Source: the human T2T-CHM13v2.0 reference genome, Homo sapiens. Taken from it: a DNA stretch of 64,000 nt. The DNA is taken from assembly GCF_009914755.1 (NCBI RefSeq), contig NC_060926.1; one strand, 5' to 3'. Below the pieces are notes generated by a model that worked only from the letters and a program-made list of their open reading frames with translations, was not told the DNA's origin and did not search any database. Both the position numbers and the translations under genes were made by a program. The first letter of the stretch is position 1; each line of letters starts with the position of its first letter. Shown here piece by piece: positions 1-12,039 of this stretch.

Positions 1-373
1 ATTAACCATTAAATATGCTAATGTATACTATCATTTTAACCTCTTTTGCTCCTACATGCCTTCCTCTGTCTTATTTTTGAAAAGACAAGATACAGTCACA
101 GCCACACAAGTTGGTCCCAGTCCAGTGATGCTGCTGGGATGCCTGGCAGATGCAAAGGGCAGACTCACAGTGGGGCAAGATTTCCTCAAATGCAAGATAT
201 TTTCCTATGTACGGGATGGCATTTTGGAAGACTGTTTTCTGATTGTGTTTCTTCTCTCTAAGTGCTTTCTCCATAATGTAAATATCGAAGTCTTGCTATC
301 TGAGTTACAAAGCAATTAAAGAAAATATTTCATACTTCCTAGTCTTAAAATATTAAAATCTAAAACCTGGAAA

Positions 374-662
374 TAACACAAGGAGAGAAATCCAAATACC
401 GCATGTTCTTACTTGTAAGTGGGAGCTAAATTATGAGAACTTACGAACACAAAGGGGGAACAACAGACATTGGGGTCTACTTGAGGGTGGAGTGTGGGAG
501 AGGGGAGAGAAGAAGAAAAGATACATGTTGGGTACCGGGCTTAATTCCTGGGTGATGAAATATGTACAACCAATCCCCATGACATGAGCTCACCTCTGTA
601 ACAAACTTTCACATGTACCCCTAAACCTAAAATAAAAGTTAAAAAATAAATAAATAAATAAA
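374..662 (+). mobile_element. 5'-truncated L1 3' end (old L1PA/L1PB type) with target-site duplication
   Basis: L1 3'UTR motifs (caaataccgcatgttct...gtgggagctaaa...aaataaaagtt) and a (TAAA)n tail; TSD taaaacctggaaa at 361-373 and 663-675. Confidence 0.9.
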
Positions 663-944
663 TAAAACCTGGAAAAATACTAATATATATTTTGAGGACA
701 GCTTATACCTCTGAAGAAAGAAATAAAATATTTCACCCCCAAAATATTCACCTAGAAGTTTAATAACCTAAATATGATTCTCTAAAAATCATATCAATAT
801 TATTCAAGAGTTTAGAAGTCTGTATTGTTATAAGAAGTAGATGTTTCTTCTATATTTTCCCTCTTTTTAAATTTTAATAGAAGAGGATGATAATTGAATG
901 AGGTCTAAAAGTAAAATTTAGAAACTAAAATCTCATCCTGGGGT

Positions 945-1060
945 ATGTGGGAAAGTGCATGGGCTTTCTGAGTTCAAATTCTAGCTCTGCAACTTCATAG
1001 CACATGGTACTGGGATAGTCACATTTCCTCACCTGTAGGTTAGGGTGAGCAAATACCTAT
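945..1060 (+). mobile_element. MIR SINE fragment
   Basis: ctgagttcaaattctagctctgc...tttcctcacctgt resembles the MIR core. Confidence 0.5.
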
Positions 1061-2644
1061 CAAAATAAAAAGAAATAATAAAAATAAGTTGAAAGCTGGA
1101 AACATTGTTGAATAAATACAAAACAAATTAGTGCTAGATAAAATATAACAAACTTATTTAAAATTTACCTCTTAAGAAAAAAAAAGAAAATACCAGAAGA
1201 TAGGAATAAAGGGGGAAATTAAGCCATAGCAATAATGCTAAGTCTGATTCTGCAATAGCTCTTGAGTGGGAAAATGGGACTATCAAAGTCAGTTAAGACT
1301 AAGAGTTCAGATTATGTTGCCCAAGCATGCAAATATTTTGAAGCCTTAGTACTAAAAATTGCATAAAATTAGAAGTGGCACGCCTTAATTACGAGATGCC
1401 TCAAAGGACTGGACTACCAGTAAAAGAAGATCTTGGGGGACGGGGTGGGGGGAGAATATGTTTTCCTACAGAGGAAAAATGAAGAAGTTTGTTTCTGTCT
1501 CAGCTGTAAATAAAAAAAGAAAAGAAAGAAAAAAGTCTTCCCTGAGAAATTGAAAACACAGACTGTGCCTCTCCTAGGTTTAGAATCTAACTATATACTA
1601 TTAGCATAGTATGGTAAAATTCAAGTTGACTAGTTAAAATTAAAAGTTAGTGAGGCAAAATCTAGGAACATAAATTGATACAAAGTACTGACCGATGCTA
1701 GTTAGCCTTCAGCAGAGCAGATACAGGATCATAAAGGTGAATGATTGTATTAATCCAATAAGGAGCATGCAAAAAGACATGGAAGAGTAGGTATGAGGGT
1801 GTTTAAAAGAAGAAAAATCAGGGCTTAAGTTAAAGAAAATGGTAAGTGAAACTATTTGATGCTGAGAAATAGGTAATGGTAAGACACAAAAGTGCTGGAA
1901 ATCACAATGATGTCAAAACAGGTGTAGTGAGAGAGAGAGAGATCTGAAAGGTCAGGTCTTCGTATTAAGAAATTAATATGCCACATTTAGTATGTTAAAA
2001 TTTAAGATTGCTTTGATGGAGTAAGCTCAGTCAGAATTTCTAAACAGGAGAGAATTCCTGAACAGAAAAATTAATAAAGGTTTTTACTGTTAAAGAAGTT
2101 AATGTTAGAGTCAGGGTGCCGACCACCCTCTCCCAGAATTCTGGCTGATAGAATGTACACAGGCTGATAGGGCCTAAAATATCAGCTTATTAATAATAGC
2201 GCAATGCCCTTCAAATGCACAACTCTGTGACAAAGCTAAATATAATAATGTTGCTGGTATATGAGACCAAGCTGATGGCCTTCAAATACCTGCTCCAGTC
2301 TAATCTTAGTGACCCACCTGTTGGGAGTGTTAAGTCCACAAAACAGATTGAACCTTGGTTTAACTACCAAAGTGAGTCATGAGCAAAACAGGAGGTAGAA
2401 GAGAGAATGACAATCTTGTGACCTGGTTTGTACTTACACATAGGAAGAAGAAGTAAAGAAGAGCCCAATTCATTTCATGCCAGTTTTTGAGGCAGGTAAA
2501 AATGAGAAGGAAGGGAAGACATGAGGGAGGGGAAGGAAGTTTAGAAGGAACGAAAGAGAGAGAGAGGAAAACTGATAGACAGAGAAAGAAACCCATGTCC
2601 CATTTTTGAGGCTAAATAAAAGCATCAAAACAAAAAAGAAAAGA

Positions 2645-4442
2645 GATTTCCGGCCAAGATGGCCAGCTAGAAGCAGCTAGTGTGCATGGCTCTCATCATA
2701 GAGAGGAACAAAAGGGGCAAGTAAATACAGCACCTTCAACTGAAACATTCAGCTCCTTGCATTGAGACTGATCAAGGAAACAGCTCAACCCATGGACAAT
2801 GTACAAAAGCAGGGCAGGACAATGGCCCACCCAGGAGTGGGAGTGAAACACAAAGCCAGGGGAACCTCTCCCCAGCCAGGGAAGTGGTGAGTCAATGTGT
2901 GATTCTGGGAAACCACATTTCTTCCACAGATCTTTGCAACCTCCAAGTCAGATGATTCCCTTGTGAACCCACTCCACCAGGGCCTTTGGTCTGACACACA
3001 GGGCTGCATGGAGTCTCAGCAGAGCAGCTGCTCAGGCACACACAGAGACATGGGAGCCTTACATGCTGTGGCTCTGCGCTCCCCAGCAAAGTGACTGCAA
3101 CTCAGGCAAGGCAGGAGTTGGACCTCCATCCATACCCCTGGAAAGAGGGCTGAATCCAGGAGGCCTAGCAGTGACAGTCTGTAGGTCCCACTTCCATGGT
3201 GCCTCACAGGATTAGACCCACTGGTTTAGAATTCCAGCCAGCCACCAGCAACAACTGAGACAGATGGGTTTCCCAGGATGAGAGACAGGCCACCATCTTT
3301 GCTATTTGGGTGATTCAGCTGTTCCGGCCTGTGGGCTTTGGAGAGTCCAAACTGACTCGGGGTGGAAAGGATCCTGCAGCATAGCACAGCTGCTCTACCA
3401 AAATGTGACCAGACTGCTTCTTTAAGTGCGTCCCAGATCCATTCATCTTCACTGGGCAGAACCTCCCAACTGGGGCCTCCAGCCATTCCTGCTGATGTTC
3501 TCTTTTGAAAACTTCCTGGGACAGAGCTTCTAGAGGGAATGACAAGTTGCCATCTTTGCTGTTTCCATGACTTAGCTGTTTCAGCCTCCAAGCTTTGGAG
3601 CACCCAAGCCAACTGGGGGCAGAAGAAGTACCCCATCACAGCACAGTTGCTCTACAAAAGCATAGCTATATGGCATCTTTAAGCGAATCCCCGATCCTGT
3701 TGCTCCAGACTGAGTGAGACCTCCCAACAGGGGTCCCCAGCCAACTCCTGTAAGTGTATTCAGGCTGGCAACATGTTCATATCCCCCTGGGATGAGGAAA
3801 GGACAGGCTGCCCTCTTCACGGTTTCACAGCCTTCACTAGTGATACCTCCAAGTACTGGGAAATCTGAGGTGACTAGGGTCTGTAGTGGAGCCCCAGCAA
3901 ACCACAGCAGCCCTATAGAAAATTGTCCAGACTGTTAAAAGAAAAAAAACTAAAGGTAAAGAACCTCAAAGATTTAATGTATATAAGCCCAGAAAGGTGA
4001 GAAAGAATCAGCAGGAGAAGGCTGAAAACTCAAAAAGCCAGAGTGCCCTTTTTTCTCCAATGACTACATCACCTCTCCAGTAAGGGATCAGAACTGGGCT
4101 GAGGCTGAGATGGCTAAAATGACAGAAATAGAATTCAGAATGTGGATAGAAATGAACTTCACTGAGCTAAAGTAGCACATTGTAACCCAATACATGGAAG
4201 CTAAAAACCATGATAAAACATTGTGGGAGCTGACAGACAAAATATCTAGTACAAGGAAGAATGTAACCAATCTGATAAAGCTGAGAAACACACTATAAAA
4301 ATTTCATAATGCAATCACAAGTATTAATAGCAGAATAGGCCAAGTGGAGAAAAGAATCTCAGAGCTTAAAGACTGTCCTTCTGAAATAAGACAGGCAGGC
4401 AAGAATAGAGAAAAAAGAAGGAAATGGAATGAACAAAACCTC
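2645..4442 (+). mobile_element. L1PA (old, ~PA13-16-like) 5'UTR plus 5' half of ORF1
   Basis: Starts ggccaagatggccagctagaagcagc (L1 5' end with YY1-type motif); GC-richer 5'UTR; ORF1-like gagaaagaatcag...gaatgaacaaaacctc. Confidence 0.9.
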
Positions 4443-5466
4443 ATGTGAAGGTCTCTAAGAACTTGCCTTATCAATCTGGGTACTCCTGTGTTGGGTGCAT
4501 ATATATATTTAGGATAGTTAGCTCTTCTTGTTGAACTGAACCCTTTACCATTATGTAATGCCCTTCTTTGTCTTTTTTGATCTTTGTCAGTCTAAAGTCT
4601 GCTTTGTCAGAAACTAGGATTGCAAACCCTGCTTTTTTCTGCTATCCATTTAATTGATAAGTTTTCCTCAATCCCTTTATTTTGAGCCTATGTCTGTCAT
4701 TGCATGTGAAAGGGATCTCTTGAAGACTGCATACCAATGGATCTTGGTTCTTTATCCAGCTTGCTATTCCATGTCTTTTAATCCAGGCAGTTAGCCATTT
4801 GCTTTTAAGGTTAGTATTGTTATGTGTCATCATGATGCTAGCTGATTATTTTGCATCCTGTCATCATGATGCTGGCTGATTATTTTGCAGACTTGTTTAT
4901 GCAGTTGCTTCATAGTGCCATTGGTCTGTGTATTTCAGTGTGTTTTTGTAGTGGCTGGTAACAATTTTTCCTTTGCACATTTAGTGCTTCCTTCAGGAGC
5001 TCCTGCAAGGCAGGCATGGTGGTAACAAATTCCCTCAGCATTTGCTTGTCTGAAAAGGATCTTATTTCCCCTTCACTGATAAAGCTTAGTTTGGCTGGAT
5101 ACAAAATTTGGGGTTGTAAATTCTTTTCTTTAAGAATGTTGAATATTGGCCCTCAATCTCTTCTGGCTTATAGGGTTTCTGCTGAGAGGTCTGCTGTTAG
5201 TCTGTTGGGCTTCTCCTTGTAGGTGACCTGGTCTTTCTCTCTGGCTGCCCTTAACATTTTTTCATTCACTTTGACCTTGAAGAATGTGAAGATTATGTGT
5301 CTTAAAGATGACCTTCTCATAGAGCATCTTTCTGGGGTTCTCTGGATTTCCTGAATTTGAATGTTGGCCTGTCTAGCTAGATTGGGGAAGTTCTCATGGA
5401 TGATATCCATGAGATCTCTTTCAGGTGCACCAGTCAGTCATAGATTCAGTCTCTTTACATAATCCA
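4443..5466 (-). mobile_element. Inverted segment of the same L1: 3' half of ORF1, spacer and ORF2 endonuclease start
   Basis: Minus ORFs ENFPNLARQANIQIQEIQR (5168-5410), YPAKLSFISEGEI (4910-5104) and WIKNQDPLVCSLQE (4642-4833). Confidence 0.9.
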
Positions 5467-5724
5467 CCTGAAATACCAAAAATCCAAATATGCCAAATAA
5501 AAGACAGAGATTGTCAGTGTGTATCAAAAAAAACAACATCCAACTATATGTTGTCTACAAGAAACCCACATTAAATACAAAGACACATATAGATTAAAAG
5601 TAAAGGGATGGAGAAAAATATGCCATGCTAACAAAAATCAAAAGAAAGGCATATTGGCTATATTAATTTCGAGTAGAGCAGACATCAGAGCAATGAAAGT
5701 TATCAGGGTTAAACAGAAGCATAA

Positions 5725-6072
<348 letters not shown>

Positions 6073-6374
6073 GAAACATAGCAATTCTTAATGTGTGTGT
6101 GCCTAAAAACAGAATGTCAAAATACATGAGGCAAAAATTAATAGAACTGCAAGGAGAAATAGATTAATCCACTATTGCTCAGAGTCTTCACTACCTATTA
6201 GAAATGGGCAGGTTCAGTAAGCAGAAAGTAAGACATAGTTGAACTCAGCAGCAATCAACTAGATGCAATTGACATCTATAGACTACTTCACCCAAAAACA
6301 GATTAAACACTAATCTCACCTTACATGGAACATTCACCAAGAGAGACGACATTCTAGGTTATAAAACACAACTT

Positions 6375-6670
<296 letters not shown>

Positions 6671-7301
6671 CAGCACAGAACTCAATTCAGTATGAATGAT
6701 AGCTGAAAAATCTCAAAGTACTTGAACACTAAGCAACACACTTCTTAATAACACATGATCAAAGAAGAAATCTCGAAAGAAATTTTAAAAGATTATTCAC
6801 TAAATATATATGCAATTTATTAAAATATGTGGGATACAGTAAAGGCAGTGTTTAAAGGGAAATTTATAGCCTTGAATGTGTATAGTAGAAAAGAAGAAAG
6901 ATCTAAAGTCAACAAGCTAAGCTTCTACCTCAAAAAAACTAGAAAGAAAAAGAGCAAATAAAATCCAAAGTAAACATAAAAAAGAAATAATAAAAATTAG
7001 AGCAGAAATACATATAATTTAAAACAGGAAACCAGGAAGTCTTAGCCAGAGCAATTAGGCAAGAGAAAGAAATAAAAGATATCGAAATAGGAAAAAAAGA
7101 AGTCAAACTATCTCTCTTCGCTGATAATAGGATTCTATACCTAGAAAACCCTGAAAATTCCACCAAAAGGCTCCTGAGTTAATGAACAACTTCAGTAAAG
7201 TTTTGGGAAATAAAGTCAATGTATAAAAATCAATAGCACTTCTGTATAGCAATATCATTCAAGCTCAGAGCCAAATCAAGAATGCAGTTCCATTTACAAT
7301 A

Positions 7302-7302
<1 letters not shown>

Positions 7303-7343
<41 letters not shown>
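7303..7343. repeat. (CA)n microsatellite
   Basis: About 20 CA units. Confidence 0.95.
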
Positions 7344-7346
<3 letters not shown>

Positions 7347-8510
7347 CTAGGAATACATCTAATCAAGGAATTGAAAGCTCTCTACAAGCAGAGCTACAAA
7401 ACACTCCTGAAAAAAATCATAGATAACTCGACCAAATCTAAAAACATTCCATGCTCATAGATTGTAAGAATCAATATTGTTAAAATAGCCATCCCGTCCA
7501 AAGCAATCTACAGATTCAACATTATTCCTATCAAACTACCAATGTCATTTTTCACAGAACTGGAGAAAACACATTCTAAAGTTCATATGGAACCAAAAAA
7601 GAGCCCAAAGAGCCAAAGCAATCCTCAGCAAAAAGAACAAAGCTGGAGGAATCACATTACTTGACTTCAAACTGTATTATAAGGCTACAGTAAACAAAAC
7701 AGCATGATACTGGTTTGAAAAAAGCCCAGACACATAGACCAATGAAACAGGATAGAAAGCCCAGAAATAAAGCTGCACACCTACAACAATTTGAACTTTG
7801 GCAGAGTCAACAAAAATAAGCAATAGACAAAGAACTCCTTATTCAAAAAATGGTGCTGAAAAAAAAAAGCTTTAGGCATAATGTCACTTGAATTCATACT
7901 ACACTACAGGGCTACAGTAACCAAAACAGCATGGTACTGGTACTAAAAAACAGACACATAGACCAGTGCAACAGAATAGAGAGCCCAGAAATAAGGCTGC
8001 ACACCTACAACCATCTGATCTTTGACAAACCTGACAAAAACAAGCAATAGGGAAGGACTCTTTATTCAATAAATGATGCTCGGATAACTTGTTAGCCATA
8101 TGCAGAAGATTGAAAGTGGACTCCTTCCTCATACCATGTACAAAAATCAACTCAACATGAATTAAAAACTTAAAAGTAAAACCCAAAACTATAAAAACCC
8201 TGGAAGATAACCTAGGCAATACCATCTTGGACATAGGAACTGGCAAAGATTTCATGGCAGGAAGCCAAAAGCCATCACAACTAAAACAAAATTTGACAAA
8301 CGGGATATAATTAAATTAAAGAGCTTCTGCACAGGAAAAACAATAATCAATCAAGTAAACAGAAAACCTACAGTATAGGAGAAAATTTCTGCAAACTATG
8401 CATCTGACAAAGGTCTAATATCCAGCATCTATAAGAAACTGAAACAAATCTGCAAGAAAAGCAAACAAACCCATTAAAAGTGGACAAAAGGCATGAACAG
8501 ACACTTTTCT

Positions 8511-9890
8511 TTTCTTTTCTTTTTGATGTGCTTTTTTCTAAAATTTTATTTTAAGTTTTCTGGGATACATGTGCAGGACGTCCAGGTTTGTTACATAGGT
8601 AAATGTGTGCCATGGTGGTATGTTGCACCTATCAACCCATCACCTAGGTTTTAAGCCCCACATGCATTAGCTATTTGTCCTGAAGCTTCTCATCCCCCTA
8701 GCCCCCCAACAGGCCCCATTGTGTATTGTTCCCCACTTCCCCCATGTCCATGTGTTCTCATTGTTCAGCTCCCACTTATGAGTGAGAACACATGGTGTAT
8801 GGTTTTCTGTTCCTGTATTAGTTTGCTGAGGATAATGGCTTCCAGCTCTATCCATGTCCCTGCAAAGGACATGAACACATTCCTTTCTATGGCTGCATAG
8901 TATTCCATGGTGTATATGTACCACATTTTCTTTATCCAGTCTATCATTGATGGGCATCTGGGTTGATTCCATATCTTTGCCATTGTGAATAGTGCTGCAA
9001 TAAATATATGTATGCACATATCTTTATAATAGAATGATTTGTATTCCTTTGGGTATATACTCAGTAATGGGATTGCTGGGTCAAATGATATTTCTGGTTC
9101 TAGATACTTGAGGAATCGCCACACTGTCTTCTACAATGGCTGAAATAATTTACACTCCCACCAACAATGTAAAAGCATTCCTATTTCTTCCCAGCCTCAC
9201 CAACATCTGTTATTTCTTGACTTTCAAATAATTGCCATTCTAACTGGTGTGAGATGGTATCTCATTGTGTTTCTGATTTGCTGCTCTCTAATGATCAATG
9301 ATGTTGAGCTTTTATTCATGTTTGTGGGTTGCATAAATGTCTTCTTTTGAGACATGTCTGTTTACATCCCCACTTTTTGATGGGGTGGTTTTTTTCTTGT
9401 AAATTTAAGTTCCTTGTAGATTCTAGATATTAGCTTTTTGTCAGATGGATAGATTGCAAAAATTTTCTCCCATTCCATAGGTTGTCTGTTCACTCTAATG
9501 AGAGTTTCTTTTGCTGTGTAGAAGCTCTTTAGGTTAATTATATCCCATTTGTCAATTTTTGCTTTTGTTGCAATTGCTTTTGATATTTTTGTCACAAAAT
9601 CTTTGCCCATGCCTATGTCCTGAATGTTATTGCCTAGATTTTCTTCTAGGGTTTTTACAGTTTTGGGTTTTACATTTAAGTCTTTAATCCATCTTGAGTT
9701 AGTTGTTGTATAATGTGTAAGGAAGGGGTACAGTATCAATTTTCTGCATATGGCTAGCCAGTTTACCCAGAACCATTTATTAAATAGAGAATCTTTACCC
9801 AACTGCTTGTTTTCATCAGGTTTGTCGAAGATCAGATGGTTGAAGATGTGTGGTCTTATTTCTGAGATCTCTATTCTGTTCCATTGGTCT
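8511..9890 (-). mobile_element. 5'-truncated L1PA, antisense nested insertion
   Basis: Minus ORFs 8765-9124 (FDPAIPLLSIYPKEYK...WIKKMW) and the L1 part of 9362-9890; T-rich tail at 8505-8560; TSD-like atgaacagacacttt at 8493 vs atgaaacagacattt at 9891. Confidence 0.9.
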
Positions 9891-10028
9891 ATGAAACAGA
9901 CATTTTTCAAAAGAAGACATAATTGCAGCCAACAAGCATATGAAACAAATTCAATATCACTGATCATTAGAGAAATGCAAATCGAAACCACAATGAGATA
10001 CCATCTCACACCAGTCAAAATGGCTATT

Positions 10029-10707
10029 TTTTAAACTTTTATGTTAAATTCAGGGGTACATGTGCAGGATTTGCAGGTTTGTTATATAGGTAAACTTGTG
10101 TCATGGGGGTGTGTTATACAGATTATTTCATCACCCAGGTATTAAACCTAGTATCCATTAGTTATTTTTCCTTATCCTCTCCATCCTTTGTTAGGCCCCA
10201 GTGTGTGTTTTTCCCTTCTGTATATCAATGTGTTCTCAACATTTAGCTTCCACTTTATATATAAGAACATGTGATATTTGCTTTTCTGTCCTTGCATTAG
10301 TTTGCTAAGGATAATGGCCTCCAGCCCTATACAGGTTCCTGCAAAGGATATGATCTCATTCTTTTTTATGGCTACATAGGGTTCCGTGGTGTATATGTAT
10401 CACATTTTCTTTATCCAGTCTATCATTGATGGGTATTTGGGTTGATACTATGTCTTTGCTATTGTGAATAGTGCTGCAGTGAACATATGTGTGTGTGTGT
10501 GTGTCTTTATGATAGAATAATTTATATTCCTTTGGATATATACCCAGGAATGGGATTGCTGGATCGAATGGTATTTCTGTCTTTAGGTTTTTGAGGAATC
10601 ACCACACTGTCTTCCACAGTGGTTGAACTAATTTACACTCCCACCAACAGTGTATAAATGTTCCTTTTTCTCTACAATCTCACCAGCATCTATTATTTAC
10701 TTTTTAA
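10029..10707 (-). mobile_element. Short 5'-truncated L1PA 3' end, antisense nested insertion
   Basis: Reverse complement of L1 3'UTR/ORF2 end; TSD-like cagtcaaaatggctatt at 10012 vs cagccagaatggctatt at 10708. Confidence 0.88.
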
Positions 10708-12039
10708 CAGCCAGAATGGCTATTACACACATGCATGCATATGTTCACTGCAACACTATTCACAATAGCAAAGACATGGAGTCAACCTAAATGCCCAACT
10801 ATGGTAGACTGGATAAAGAAAATGTGGTACACATACACCATGGAATACTGTGCAGCCATGAAAAAGAACAAGATCATATCCTTTGCAGGAACATGGATGG
10901 AGCTGGAGGCCATTATCTTTAGTAAACTAATGCAGGAACAGAAAATGAAATACTGCATGTTCTTACTTATAAGTAGGAGCTAAATGATGAGAACACATGA
11001 ACACATAGAGGGAAACAACAGATACTGAGGGTTACGTGAGGGTGGAGGGTGGAATGAGGAAGAGGATCAGGAAAAATAACTAAAGAGTACTAGGTTTAAT
11101 ACCTAGACCAAACAATCCATACAACTAACTCCCTTGACACAAGTTTATATAATAAACCTGCACAGATACTTAAAATAAACATTTTTAAAAATGGTGCTTG
11201 AACAGCTGGCTATTCATATGCACAAGAATGAAACTAAACCCCTACCTATCACCTTCTATAAAAATTAACTCAAGGTGCATTAAATATTTAAATGTAAGAC
11301 CTCAAACTATAAAAATCCTAGAAGAAACTCTAAGGAACATCATTCTGGACTTTAGCCTGTGAAAGGAATTATGACTAAGTCCTCGGAAACAATAGCAACA
11401 AAAGCAAAAGTTAACAAGTGGGACCTATTACATTATGGAGCTTTTGCACAGTAAAAAAAACTATCAACAGAATAAACAGACAACCTACAGAACGGGAGAA
11501 AATATTCACAAACTACACATCCAACAAAGGTCTAACATCCAGATTCTATAAGGAAGTTCAATTCAATAAGGAAAAAAACCAATAATCCCATTAAAGAAAG
11601 GGCAAAAGACATGAACAGACACTTCTCAAAAGAAGACACGCAAATGGCTGACAAACATGTGAAATAAGCTCAACATCATTAATCATCAAAGTGCACATCA
11701 AAACCACAATGAGATAACATCTCACACCAGTCAGAATGGCTATTATAAAAGGCAAAAAACAACAGATGCTGGCAAGGCTGAGGAAAAAAGGGAATGCTTA
11801 TGCATTGTTGTTGGGAATGTAAATGAGTTCAGCCACTGTGGAAAGCAGTTTGGTGGTTTCTCAAAGAAATTAAAACAGAACTACTGTTCGACCCAGCAAT
11901 CCCATTACTGGGTAAATACCCAAAAGAAAATAAATCATTCTACCAAAAGACACATACAATCAAATGTTCATTGTGGTGGCATTATTCACAATTGCAAAGA
12001 CGTAGAATCAACCTAGGTTCCCATTAATGGTAAAATCAA

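Larger units (their letters stand above)
7861..11186 (+). mobile_element. 5'-truncated L1PA (pieces 7861-8510, 9891-10028, 10725-11186) inserted into the previous L1
   Basis: ORF2 C-terminus (ORF 10735-10983 KPKC-like SQPKCPTMVDWIKKMW...), 3'UTR and flanking TSD. Confidence 0.85.
7031..12035 (+). mobile_element. L1P ORF2 RT/3' portion (7031-7860 and 11187-12035), split by a nested L1 block
   Basis: ctctcttcgctgataat (degenerate FADD codons); sequence resumes after TSD aaaaatggtgct (7846-7857 and 11187-11198); truncated at ~12035. Confidence 0.85.

Noticed and set aside
46-319. Three overlapping short ORFs at the window start
   Set aside because: No recognisable protein similarity; lengths compatible with chance
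1435-1452. G-rich tract, possible G-quadruplex
   Set aside because: Only three G-runs; not a canonical four-tract motif
3285-3800. ~260-bp internal direct repeat in the L1 5'UTR
   Set aside because: Probably an inherent repeat of older L1PA 5'UTRs rather than a locus-specific event
9362-10018. 218-aa ORF
   Set aside because: Chimeric read-through of antisense L1 sequence into L1 ORF2 across an insertion junction
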